Below are positions 15,801 through 28,950 of a stretch of 64,000 nt of DNA, piece after piece. The notes under the pieces are model-generated. The model was not told the origin of the DNA, did no database searches, and saw only the letters and a list, made by a program, of their open reading frames with translations. The translations under genes were made by a program, and so were the position numbers. Every line of letters starts with the position of its first letter. Position 1 is the first letter of the stretch. This DNA is from Eledone cirrhosa (Eukaryota): NCBI GenBank assembly GCA_964016885.1, contig OZ024743.1:177444001-177508000 (forward strand). The letters run 5' to 3'.

Positions 15801-18800
15801 GCGGAGAATGTTTTCCATTCTGTCAGATGTTATGAAAGTGGGATTAATGTGGACAATGTTTTGCATATTGTCAGATGTTATGAAAGTGGGATTCATGTGG
15901 AGAATATTTTGCATATTGTCAGATCTTATGAAAGTGGGATTCATGTGGAGAATGCTTTCCATATTGTCAGATTTTATGAAAGTGGGATTAATGTGGAGAA
16001 TGTTTTACATATTGTCAGATGTTATGAAAGTGGGATTCATGTGGAGAATGTTTTACATATTGTCAGATCTTATGAAAGTGGGATTCATGTGGAGAATGTT
16101 TTGCATATTGTCAGATGTTATGAAAGTGGGACTCATGTGGAGAATATTTTGCATATTGTCAGATCTTATGAAAGTGGGATTCATTTGGAGAATGTTTTGC
16201 ATATTGTGAGATCTTATGAAAGTGGGATTCATGTGGAGAATGTTTTGCATATTGTCAGATCTTATGTAAGTGGGATTCATGTGGAGAATGTTTTGCATAC
16301 CGTTAGATGTTATGAATGTGGGATTAATGTGGAGAATGTTTTCCATATTGTCAGATGTTGTGAAAGTGGGATTAATGTGGAGAATATTTTCCATATTGTC
16401 AGATGTTATGAAAGTGGGATTCATGTGGAGAATGTTTTGCATATTGTCAGATGCTATGAAAGTGCAATTGATGTGGAGAATGTTTTGCATATTGTCTGAT
16501 CTTATAAAAGTGGGATTCATGTGGAGAATGTTTTCCATATTGTCAGATGTTATGAAAGTGGGATTCATGTGGAGAATGTTTTCCATATTGTCAGATCTTA
16601 TGAAAGTGGGATTCATGTGGAGAATGTTTTGCATATTGTCAGATCTTATGAAAGTGGGATTCATGTGGAGAATGTTTTCCATATTGTCAGATGTTATGAA
16701 ATTGGGATTCATGTGGAGAATGTTTTGCATATTGTCAGATGTTATGAAAGTGGGATTCATGTGGAGAATGTTTTCCATTTTGTCAAATGTTACAAATGTA
16801 GGATTCATGCGGAGAATGTTTTGCATATTGTCAGATGTTATGAAAGTGGGATTAATGTGGAAAATATTTTCTATATTGTCAGATTTTATGAAAGTGGGAT
16901 ACATGTGGAGAATGTTTTCCATATTGTCAGATGTTATGAAAGTGGGATTAATGTGGAGAATGTTTTACATATTGTCAGATGTTATGAAAGTGGGATACAT
17001 GTGGAGAATGTTTTACATATTGTCAGATGTTATGAAAGTAGGATTCATGCGGAGAATGTTTTCCATATTGTCAGATGTTATGAAAGTGGGATTAATGTGG
17101 ACAATGTTTTCCATATTGTCAGATGTTATGAAAGTGGGATTCATGTGGAGAATATTTTGCATATTGTCAGATCTTATGAAAGTGGGATTCATGTGGAGAA
17201 TGCTTTCCATATTGTCAGATGCTACAAAAGTGGGATTCATGTTGAGAATGTTTTGCATATTGTCAGATGTTATGAAAGTTGGATTAATGTGGAGAATGTT
17301 TTACATATTGTCAGATGTTATGAAAGTGGGATTCATGTGAGAATGTTTTCCATATTTTCAGATGTTACGAAAGCGGGATTCATGTGAGAATTTTTTTCCA
17401 TATTGTCAGATGTTATGAAAGTGGGATTCATGTGGAGAATGTTTTGCATATTGTCAGATGTTATGAAAGTGGGATTCATGTGAGAATGTTTTACATATTG
17501 TCAGATGTTATGAAAGTGGCATTCATGTGGAGAATGTTTTGCATATTGTCAGATGTTATTAAAGTTGGATTAATGTGGAGAATATTTTCTAAATTGTCAG
17601 ATTTTATGAAAGTGGGATTCATGTGGAGAATGTTTTCCATATTGTCAGATGTTATGAAAGTGGGATTAATGTGGAGAATGTTTTACATATTGTCAGATGT
17701 TATGAAAGTGGGATTCATGTGGAGAATGTTTTCCATATTGTCAGATCTTATGAAATGGGATTCATGTGGAGAATGTTTTACATATTGTCCGATGATATGA
17801 AAGTGGGCTTCATGTGGAGAATGTTTTCCATTTTGTCAGATGTTATGAAAGTGGGATTAATGTGGAGAATGTTTTGCATATTGTCAGATGTTATGAAAGT
17901 GGGATTCATGTGGAGAATGTTTTACATATTGTCATATCTTATGAAAGTGGGATTCATTTGGAGAATGTTTTGCATATTGTTAGATCTTATGAAAGTGGGA
18001 TTCATGTGGAGAATGTTTTGCATATTGTCAGATCTTATGTAAGTGGGATTCATGTGGAGAAGGTTTTGCATATTGTTAGATGTTATGAATGTGGGATTAA
18101 TGTGGAGAATGTTTTCCATATTGTCAGATGTTGTGAAAGTGGGATTAATGTGGAGAATATTTTCCATATTGTCAGATGTTATGAAAGTGGGATTCATGTG
18201 GAGAATGTTTTGCATATTGTCAGATGCTATGAAAGTGCGATTGACGTGGAGAATGTTTTGCATTATCTGATCTTATGGAGAATGTGGAGAATGCATTATA
18301 TGTGGAGAATGCATTATATGTGGAGAATGCATTATATGTGGAGAATGTTTTGCATTATCTGATCTTATGAAAGTGGGATTCATGTGGAGAATGTTTTCCA
18401 TTTTGTCAGATGTTATGAAAGTGGGATTAATGTGGAGAATGTTTTACATATTGTCAGATGCTATGAAAGTGCGATTTATGTGGAGAATGTTTTGCATATT
18501 GTTTGATCTTATGAAAGTGGGATTCATGTGGAGAATGTTTTCCATATTGTCAGATGTTATGAAATTGGGATTCATGTGGAGAATGTTTTGCATATTGTCA
18601 GATGTTATGAAAGTGGGATTCATGTGGAGAATGTTTTCCATATTGTCATATCTCATGAAAATGGGATTCATGTGGAGAATGTTTCCCATATTGTCAGATG
18701 TTATGAAAATGGGATTCATGTGGAGAATGTTTTGCATATTGTCAGATGTTATGAAAGTGGGATTCATGTGGAGAATGTTTTCCATTTTGTCAAATGTTAC

Positions 18801-21099
18801 AAATGTAGGATTCATGCGGAGAATGTTTTGCATATTGTCAGATCTTATGGAAGTGGGATTCATGTGGAGAATGCTTTGCATATTGTCAGATGTTATGAAA
18901 GTGGGATTAATGTGGAAAATATTTTCTATATTGTCAGATTTTATGAAAGTGGGATTCATGTGGAGAATGTTTTCCATATTGTCAGATGTTATGAAAGTGG
19001 GATTAATCTGGAGAATGTTTTACATATTGTCAGATGTTATGAAAGTGGGATTCATGTGGACAATGTTTTCCATATTGTCAGATGTTATGAAAGTAGGATT
19101 CATGTGGAGAATGTTTTACATATTGTCAGATGTTATGAAAGTGGGATTCATGCGGAGAATGTTTTCAATATTGTCAGATGTTATGAAAGTGGCATTAATG
19201 TGGACAATGTTTTCCATATTTTCAGATGTTATGAAAGTGGGATACATGTGGAGAATGTTTTACATATTGTCAGATGTTATGAAAGTAGGATTCATGCGGA
19301 GAATGTTTTCCATATTGTCAGTTGTTATGAAAGTGGGATTAATGTGGACAATGTTTTCCATATTGTCAGATGCTAGGAAAGTGCGATTGATGTGGAGAAT
19401 GTTTTGCATTATCTGATCTTATGGAGAATGTGGAGAATGCATTATATGTGGAGAATGCATTATATGTGGAGAATGCATTATATGTGGAGAATGTTTTGCA
19501 TTATCTGATCTTATGAAAGTGGGATTCATGTGGAGAATGTTTTCCATTTTGTCAGATGTTATGAAAGTGTGATTAATGTGGAGAATGTTTTACATATTGT
19601 CAGATGCTATGAAAGTGCGATTTATGTGGAGAATGTTTTGCATATTGTTTGATCTTATGAAAGTGGGATTCATGTGGAGAATGTTTTCCATATTGTCAGA
19701 TGTTATGAAAGTGGGATTCATGTGGAGAATGTTTTGCATATTGTCAGATCTTATGAAAGTGGGATTCATGTGGAGAATGTTTTCCATATTGTCAGATGTT
19801 ATGAAATTGTGATTCATGTGGAGAATGTTTTGCATATTGTCAGATGTTATGAAAGTGGGATTCATGTGGAGAATGTTTTCCATATTGTCATATCTCATGA
19901 AAATGGGATTCATGTGGAGAATGTTTCCCATATTGTCAGATGTTATGAAAATGGGATTCATGTGGAGAATGTTTTGCATATTGTCAGATGTTATGAAAGT
20001 GGGATTCATGTGGAGAATGTTTTCCATTTTGTCAAATGTTACAAATGTAGGATTCATGCGGAGAATGTTTTGCATATTGTCAGATCTTATGGAAGTGGGA
20101 TTCATGTGGAGAATGCTTTGTATATTGTCAGATGTTATGAAAGTGGGATTAATGTGGAAAATATTTTCTATATTGTCAGATTTTATGAAAGTGGGATTCA
20201 TGTGGAGAATGTTTTCCATATTGTCAGATGTTATGAAAGTGGGATTAATCTGGAGAATGTTTTACATATTGTCAGATGTTATGAAAGTGGGATTCATGTG
20301 GACAATGCTTTCCATATTGTCAGATGTTATGAAAGTAGGATTCATGTGGAGAATGTTTTACATATTGTCAGATGTTATGAAAGTGGGATTCATGCGGAGA
20401 ATGTTTTCAATATTGTCAGATGTTATGAAAGTGGCATTAATGTGGACAATGTTTTCCATATTGTCAGATGTTATGAAAGTGGGATACATGTGGAGAATGT
20501 TTTACATATTGTCAGATGTTATGAAAGTAGGATTCATGCGGAGAATGTTTTCCATATTGTCAGTTGTTATGAAAGTGGGATTAATGTGGACAATGTTTTC
20601 CATATTGTCAGATGTTATGAAAGTGGGATTCATGCGGAGAATGCTTTCCATATTGTCAGATGTTACAAATGTGGGATTCATGTTGAGAATGTTTTGCATA
20701 TTGTCAGATCTTATGAAAGTGGGATTCATGTTGTGAATGTTTTGCATACTGTCAGATCTTATGAAACTGGGATTCATGTGGAGAATGCTTTCCATATTGT
20801 CAGATGTTACAAAAGTGGGATTCATGTTGAGAATGTTTTGCATATTGTCAGATGTTATGAAAGTTGGATTAATGTGGAGAATGTTTTACATATTGTCAGA
20901 TGTTATGAAAGTGGGATTCATGTGAGAATGTTTTCTATATTGTCAGATTTTATGAAAGAGGGATTCATGTGGAGAATATTTTCTATATTGTCAGATTTTA
21001 TGAAAGAGGGATTCATGTGGAGAATATTTTCCATATTGTCAGATGTTATGAAAGTGGGATTCACGTGGAGAATGTTTTCCATATTGTCAGATGTTATGA

Positions 21100-24000
21100 A
21101 AGTGGGATTCATGTGGAGAATGTTTTCCATATTGTCAGATGTTCTGAAAGTGGGATTAATGTGGAGAATGTTTTCCATATTGTCAGATGTTATGAAAGTG
21201 GGATTCATGTGGAGAATGTTTTACATATTGTCAGATGTTATGAAAGTGGGATTAATGTGGAGAATATTTTCCATATTGTCAGATGTTATGAAAGTGGGAT
21301 TCACGTGGAGAATGTTTTAGATATTGTCAGATGTTATGAAAGTGGGATTTATGCAGAGAATGTTTTCCATATTGTCAGATGTTATGAAAGTGGGATTAAT
21401 GTGGACAATGTTTTCCATATTGTCAGATGTTATGAAAGTGGGATTCATGTGGAGAATGTTTTCCATATTGTCAGATGTTATGAAAGTGGGATTAATGTGG
21501 ACAATGTTTTCCATATTGTCAGATGTTATGAAAGTGGGATTCATGTGGAGAATATTTTGCATATAGTCAGATCTTATGAAAGTGGGATTCATGTGGAGAA
21601 TGCTTTCCATATTGTCAGATTTTATGAAAGTTGGATTAATGTGGAGAATGTTTTACATATTGTCAGATGTTATGAAAGTGGGATTCATGTGGAGAATGTT
21701 TTACATATTGTCAGATCTTATGAAAGTGGGATTCATGTGGAGAATGTTTTGCATATTGTCAGATGTTATGAAAGTAGGATTCATGTGGAGAATATTTTGC
21801 ATATTGTCAGATCTTATGAAAGTGGGATTCATGTGGAGAATGTTTTCCATATTGTCAGATGTTATGAAAGTGGGATTAATGTGGAGAATGTTTTCCATAT
21901 TGTCAGATGTTATGAAAGTGGGATTCATCTGTAGAATGTTTTACATATTGTCAGATGTTATGAAAGTGGGATTCACATGGAGAATGTTTTACATATTGTC
22001 AGATGTTATGAAAGTGGGATTAATGTGGAGAATATTTTCTATATTGTCAGATTTTATGAAAGAGGGATTCATGTGGAGAATGTTTTACATATTGTCAGAG
22101 GTTATGAAAGTGGGATTCATGTGGACAATGTGTTCCATATTGTCAGATGTTATGAAAGTGGGATTAATGTGGAGAATGTTTTCCATATTGTCAGATGTTC
22201 TGAAAGTGGGATTAATGTGGAGAATGTTTTACATATTGTCAGAGGTTATGAAAGTGGGATTCATGTGGACAATGTGTTCCATATTGTCAGATGTTATGAA
22301 AGTGGGATTCACGTGCAGAATGTTTTAGATATTGTCAGATGTTATGAAAGTGGGATTTATGCGGAGAATGTTTTCCATATTGTCAGATGTTATGAAAGTG
22401 GGATTAATGTGGACAATGTTTTCCATATTGTCAGATGTTATGAAAGTGGGATTCATGTGGAGAATGTTTTACATATTGTCAGATGTTATGAAAGTGGGAT
22501 TCATGCGGAGAATGTTTTCCATTCTGCCAGATGTTATGAAAGTGGGATTAATGTGGACAATGTTTTGCATATTGTCAGATGTTATGAAAGTGGGATTCAT
22601 GTGGAGAATATTTTGCATATTGTCAGATCTTATGAAAGTGGGATTCATGTGGAGAATGCTTTCCATATTGTCAGATTTTATGAAAGTGGGATACATGTGG
22701 AGAATGTTTTCCATATTGTCAGATCTTATGAAAGTGGGATTCATTTGGAGAATGTTTTGCATATTGTTAGATCTTATGAAAGTGGGATTCATGTGGAGAA
22801 TGTTTTGCATATTGTCAGATCTTATGTAAGTGGGATTCATGTGGAGAATGTTTTGCATATTGTTAGATGTTATGAATGTGGGATTAATGTGGAGAATGTT
22901 TTCCATATTGTCAGATGTTATGAAAGTGGGATTCATGTGGAGAATGTTTTACATATTGTCAGATCTTATGAAAGTGGGATTCATGTGGAGAATATGTTGC
23001 ATATTGTCAGATCTTATGAAAGTGGGATTCATTTGGAGAATGTTTTGCATATTGTTAGATCTTATGAAAGTGGGATTCATGTGGAGAATGTTTTGCATAT
23101 TGTCAGATCTTATGTAAGTGGGATTCATGTGGAGAATGTTTTGCATATTGTTAGATGTTATGAATGTGGGATTAATGTGGAGAATGTTTTCCATATTGTC
23201 AGATGTTGTGAAAGTGGGATTAATGTGGAGAATATTTTCCATATTGTCAGATGTTATGAAAGTGGGATTCATGTGGAGAATGTTTTGCATATTGTCAGAT
23301 GGTATGAAAGTGCGATTGATGTGGAGAATGTTTTGCATATTGTCTGATCTTATGAAAGTGGGATTCATGTGGAGAATGTTTTCCATATTGTCAGATGTTC
23401 TGAAAGTGGGATTAATGTGGAAAATGTTTTCCATATTGTCAGATGTTATGAAAGTGGGATTCATGTGGAGAATGTTTTACATATTGTCAGATGTTATGAA
23501 AGTGGGATTAATGTGGAGAATGTTTTCCATATTGTCAGATGTTATGAAAGTGGGATTCACGTGGAGAATGTTTTAGATATTGTCAGATGTTATGAAAGTG
23601 GGATTTATGCAGAGAATGTTTTCCATATTGTCAGATGTTATGAAAGTGGGATTAATGTGGACAATGTTTTCCATATTGTCAGATGTTATGAAAGTGGGAT
23701 TCATGTGGAGAATGTTTTCCATATTGTCAGATGTTATGAAAGTGGGATTAATGTGGACAATGTTTTCCATATTGTCAGATGTTATGAAAGTGGGATTCAT
23801 GTGGAGAATATTTTGCATATAGTCAGATCTTATGAAAGTGGGATTCATGTGGAGAATGCTTTCCATATTGTCAGATTTTATGAAAGTTGGATTAATGTGG
23901 AGAATGTTTTACATATTGTCAGATGTTATGAAAGTGGGATTCATGTGGAGAATGTTTTACATATTGTCAGATCTTATGAAAGTGGGATTCATGTGGAGAA

Positions 24001-25611
24001 TGTTTTGCATATTGTCAGATGTTATGAAAGTAGGATTCATGTGGAGAATATTTTGCATATTGTCAGATCTTATGAAAGTGGGATTCATGTGGAGAATGTT
24101 TTCCATATTGTCAGATGTTATGAAAGTGGGATTAATGTGGAGAATGTTTTCCATATTGTCAGATGTTATGAAAGTGGGATTCATCTGTAGAATGTTTTAC
24201 ATATTGTCAGATGTTATGAAAGTGGGATTCACATGGAGAATGTTTTACATATTGTCAGATGTTATGAAAGTGGGATTAATGTGGAGAATATTTTCTATAT
24301 TGTCAGATTTTATGAAAGAGGGATTCATGTGGAGAATGTTTTACATATTGTCAGAGGTTATGAAAGTGGGATTCATGTGGACAATGTGTTCCATATTGTC
24401 AGATGTTATGAAAGTGGGATTAATGTGGAGAATGTTTTCCATATTGTCAGATGTTCTGAAAGTGGGATTAATGTGGAGAATGTTTTACATATTGTCAGAG
24501 GTTATGAAAGTGGGATTCATGTGGACAATGTGTTCCATATTGTCAGATGTTATGAAAGTGGGATTCACGTGGAGAATGTTTTAGATATTGTCAGATGTTA
24601 TGAAAGTGGGATTTATGCGGAGAATGTTTTCCATATTGTCAGATGTTATGAAAGTGGGATTAATGTGGACAATGTTTTCCATATTGTCAGATGTTATGAA
24701 AGTGGGATTCATGTGGAGAATGTTTTACATATTGTCAGATGTTATGAAAGTGGGATTCATGCGGAGAATGTTTTCCATTCTGCCAGATGTTATGAAAGTG
24801 GGATTAATGTGGACAATGTTTTGCATATTGTCAGATGTTATGAAAGTGGGATTCATGTGGAGAATATTTTGCATATTGTCAGATCTTATGAAAGTGGGAT
24901 TCATGTGGAGAATGCTTTCCATATTGTCAGATTTTATGAAAGTGGGATACATGTGGAGAATGTTTTCCATATTGTCAGATCTTATGAAAGTGGGATTCAT
25001 TTGGAGAATGTTTTGCATATTGTTAGATCTTATGAAAGTGGGATTCATGTGGAGAATGTTTTGCATATTGTCAGATCTTATGTAAGTGGGATTCATGTGG
25101 AGAATGTTTTGCATATTGTTAGATGTTATGAATGTGGGATTAATGTGGAGAATGTTTTCCATATTGTCAGATGTTATGAAAGTGGGATTCATGTGGAGAA
25201 TGTTTTACATATTGTCAGATCTTATGAAAGTGGGATTCATGTGGAGAATATGTTGCATATTGTCAGATCTTATGAAAGTGGGATTCATTTGGAGAATGTT
25301 TTGCATATTGTTAGATCTTATGAAAGTGGGATTCATGTGGAGAATGTTTTGCATATTGTCAGATCTTATGTAAGTGGGATTCATGTGGAGAATGTTTTGC
25401 ATATTGTTAGATGTTATGAATGTGGGATTAATGTGGAGAATGTTTTCCATATTGTCAGATGTTGTGAAAGTGGGATTAATGTGGAGAATATTTTCCATAT
25501 TGTCAGATGTTATGAAAGTGTTATTCATGTGGAGAATGTTTTGCATATTGTCAGATGGTATGAAAGTGCGATTGATGTGGAGAATGTTTTGCATATTGTC
25601 TGATCTTATGA
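21100..25611. repeat. Higher-order tandem duplication of a 2256-bp (47-monomer) block within the satellite
   Basis: Rare variants recur at an offset of exactly 2256 (gttctg 21141/23397; tgtctg 23341/25597). ORF pairs 21317/23573, 21977/24233 and 22332/24588 are near-identical with the same offset. Confidence 0.9.
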
Positions 25612-28456
25612 AAGTGGGATTCATGTGGAGAATGTTTTCCATATTGTCAGATGTTATGAAAGTGGGATTCATGTGGAGAATGTTTTCCATATTGTCAGAT
25701 CTTATGAAAGTGGGATTCATGTGGAGAATGTTTTGCATATTGTCAGATCTTATGAAAGTGGGATTCATGTGGAGAATGTTTTCCATATTGTCAGATGTTA
25801 TGAAAATAGGATTCATGTGGAGAATGTTTTGCATATTGTCAGATGTTATGAAAGTGGGATTCATGTGGAGAATGTTTTCCATTTTGACAAATGTTACAAA
25901 TGTAGGATTCATGCGGAGAATGTTTTGCATATTGTCAGATGTTATGAAAGTGGGATTAATGTGGAAAATATTTTCTATATTGTCAGATTTTATGAAAGTG
26001 GGATACATGTGGAGAATGTTTTCCATATTGTCAGATGTTATGAAAGTGGGATTAATGTGGAGAATGTTTTACATATTGTCAGATGTTATGAAAGTGGGAT
26101 ACATGTGGAGAATGTTTTACATATTGTCAGATGTTATGAAAGTAGGATTCATGCGGAGAATGTTTTCCATATTGTCAGATGTTATGAAAGTGGGATTAAT
26201 GTGGACAATGTTTTCCATATTGTCAGATGTTATGAAAGTGGGATTCATGTGGAGAATATTTTGCATATTGTCAGATCTTATGAAAGTGGGATTCATGTGG
26301 AGGATGCTTTCCATATTGTCAGATGTTACAAAAGTGGGATTCATGTTGAGAATGTTTTGCATATTGTCAGATGTTATGAAAGTTGGATTAATGTGGAGAA
26401 TGTTTTACATATTGTCAGATGTTATGAAAGTGGGATTCATGTGAGAATGTTTTCCATATTGTCAGATGTTATGAAAGTGGGATTCATGTGGAGAATGTTT
26501 TGCATATTGTCAGATCTTATGGAAGTGGGATTCATGTGGAGAATGTTTTCCATATTGTCAGATGTTATGAAAGTGGGATTCATGTGGAGAATATTTTGCA
26601 TATTGTCAGATCTTATGGAAGTGGGATTCATGTGGAGAATGTTTTCTATATTGTCAGATGTTATGAAAGTGGGATTCATGTGGAGAATATTTTGCATATT
26701 GTCAGATCTTATGAAAGTGGGAATCATGTGGAGAATGCTTTCCATATTGTCAGATGTTACAAAAGTGGGATTCATGTTGAGAATGTTTTGCATATTGTCA
26801 GATGTTATGAAAGTTGTATTAATGTGGAGAATGTTTTACATATTGTCAGATGTTATGAAAGTGGGATTCATGTGAGAATGTTTTCCATATTGTCAGATGT
26901 TATGAAAGTGGGATTCATGTGGAGAATGTTTTGCATATTGTCAGATCTTATGGAAGTGGGATTCATGTGGAGAATGTTTTCCATATTGTCAGATGTTATG
27001 AAAGTGGGATTCATGTGGAGAATATTTTGCATATTGTCAGATCTTATGAAAGTGGGATTCATGTGGAGAATGCTTTCCATATTGTCAGATTTTATGAAAG
27101 TGGGATTAATGTGGAGAATGTTTTACATATTGTCAGATGTTATGAAAGTGGGATTCATGTGGAGAATGTTTTACATATTGTCAGATCTTATGAAAGTGGG
27201 ATTCATGTGGAGAATGTTTTGCATATTGCCAGATGTTATGAAAGTGGGATTCCTGTGGAGAATATTTTGCATATTGTCAGATCTTATGAAAGTGGGATTC
27301 ATGTGGAGAATGTTTTCCATATTGTCAGATGTTATGAAAGTGGGATTAATGTGGAGAATGTTTTCCATATTGTCAGATGTTATGAAAGTGGGATTCATGT
27401 GTAGAATGTTTTACATATTGTCAGATGTTATGAAAGTGGGATTCACATGGAGAATGTTTTACATATTGTCAGATGTTATGAAAGTGGGATTAATGTGGAG
27501 AATATTTTCTATATTGTCAGATTTTATGAAAGAGGGATTCATGTGGAGAATGTTTTCCATATTGTCAGATGTTCTGAAAGTGGGATTAACGTGGAGAATG
27601 TTTTACATATTGTCAGATGTTATGAAAGTGGGATTCATGTGGACAATGTTTTCCATATTGTCAGATGTTATGAAAGGGGGATTCACGTGGAGAATGTTTT
27701 AGATATTGTCAGATGTTATGAAAGTGGGATTCATGCGGAGAATGTTTCCCATTCTGTCAGATGTTATGAAAGTGGGATTAATGTGGACAATGTTTTGCAT
27801 ATTGTCAGATGTTATGAAAGTGGGATTCATGTGGAGAATATTTTGCATATTGTCAGATCTTATGAAAGTGGGATTCATGTGGAGAATGCTTTCCATATTG
27901 TCAGATTTTATGAAAGTGGGATTAATGTGGAGAATGTTTTACATATTGTCAGATGTTATGAAAGTGGGATTCATGTGGAGAATGTTTTACATATTGTCAG
28001 ATCTTATGAAAGTGGGATTCATGTGGAGAATGTTTTGCATATTGTCAGATGTTATGAAAGTGGAATTCATGTGGAGAATATTTTGCATATTGTCAGATCT
28101 TATGAAAGTGGGATTCATGTGGAGAATGTTTTCCATATTGTCAGATGTTATGAAAGTGGGATTAATGTGGAGAATGTTTTCCATATTGTCAGATGTTATG
28201 AAAGTGGGATTCATGTGTAGAATGTTTTACATATTGTCAGATGTTATGAAAGTGGGATTCACATGGAGAATGTTTTACATATTGTCAGATGTTATGAAAG
28301 TGGGATTCGTGTGGAGAATGTTTTGCATATTTTCAGATCTTATGAAAGTGGGATTAATGTGGAGAATGTTTTCCATATTGTCCGATGTTATGAAAGTGGG
28401 ATTCATGTGGAGAAAATTTTACATATTGTTAGATGTTATGTAAGTGGGATTCATGT

Positions 28457-28950
28457 CCACAATTCAAGATAGTCAGCTGTTCGGGGGCAGCGGTGGGCCG
28501 GGTCGAGGGATGGACTTTAGTGTCTACCTCGACGGACTGCCGCGGCTCTCGGCCACTGAGGCGAAGTGTTGCGAAAAGCCAATAACAGCCGCTGAAGTAA
28601 GGGAGGCAATGACTGGCTGCAGAAGGGGTAAATCGCCTGGTTTGGATGGTCTGCCCTATGAACTTTACGTACAGATGCCAGACTTGTTCGGAGGCCTCTT
28701 GGCGGACGTCTACTGCAACTGGCAACAGAACGGGAGAATTCCCAGTTCTGTGAGCCGAGGAGTGGTGGCACTGCTGAGAAAGGATCCGAACAAGGGGGAT
28801 AACATAGATAATTTCCGGCCCATAACTCTGCTAAACACAGAGTTCAAGATTTTGGCCAAGGTGCTAACAAAGAGGTTGGCGCTTGTCGTTGGTGGTCTGG
28901 TAGGAGAGGCGCAGCCATACGCCATTCCCGACAGATCCATCCACGACAAA
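28457..28950 (+). pseudogene. Inverted fragment of Tx1-type ORF2 (linker plus RT N-terminus)
   Basis: Translates as QLFGG...EKPITAAEVREAM...KSPGLDGLPYELY...NFRPITLLNTEFKILAKVL...SIHDK, which are L1/Tx1 pre-RT and RT motifs. It is near-identical to minus-strand 38490-38950. Confidence 0.9.

Larger units (their letters stand above)
1..28456. repeat. 48-bp tandem satellite array, about 590 monomers, open at the left window edge
   Basis: Consensus GAAAGTGGGATTCATGTGGAGAATGTTTT(C/G/A)CATATTGTCAGATGTTAT repeats continuously. The 16-aa periodicity in the ORF track (MWRMFSILSDVMKVGF / HVENVFHIVRCYESGI) confirms the 48-bp period. The array ends at ...gggattcatgt|ccac (28456). Confidence 0.98.

Noticed and set aside
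1-28456. Dozens of long ORFs (up to 708 aa) with 16-aa periodicity, suggesting a repeat protein
   Set aside because: A 48-bp stop-free unit keeps three frames open automatically. Frames switch at random indels, stops are scattered and there are no unique domains or splice structure.
1-28456. CRISPR-like array
   Set aside because: Monomers are contiguous with no unique spacers, there are no cas genes, and the context is eukaryotic.
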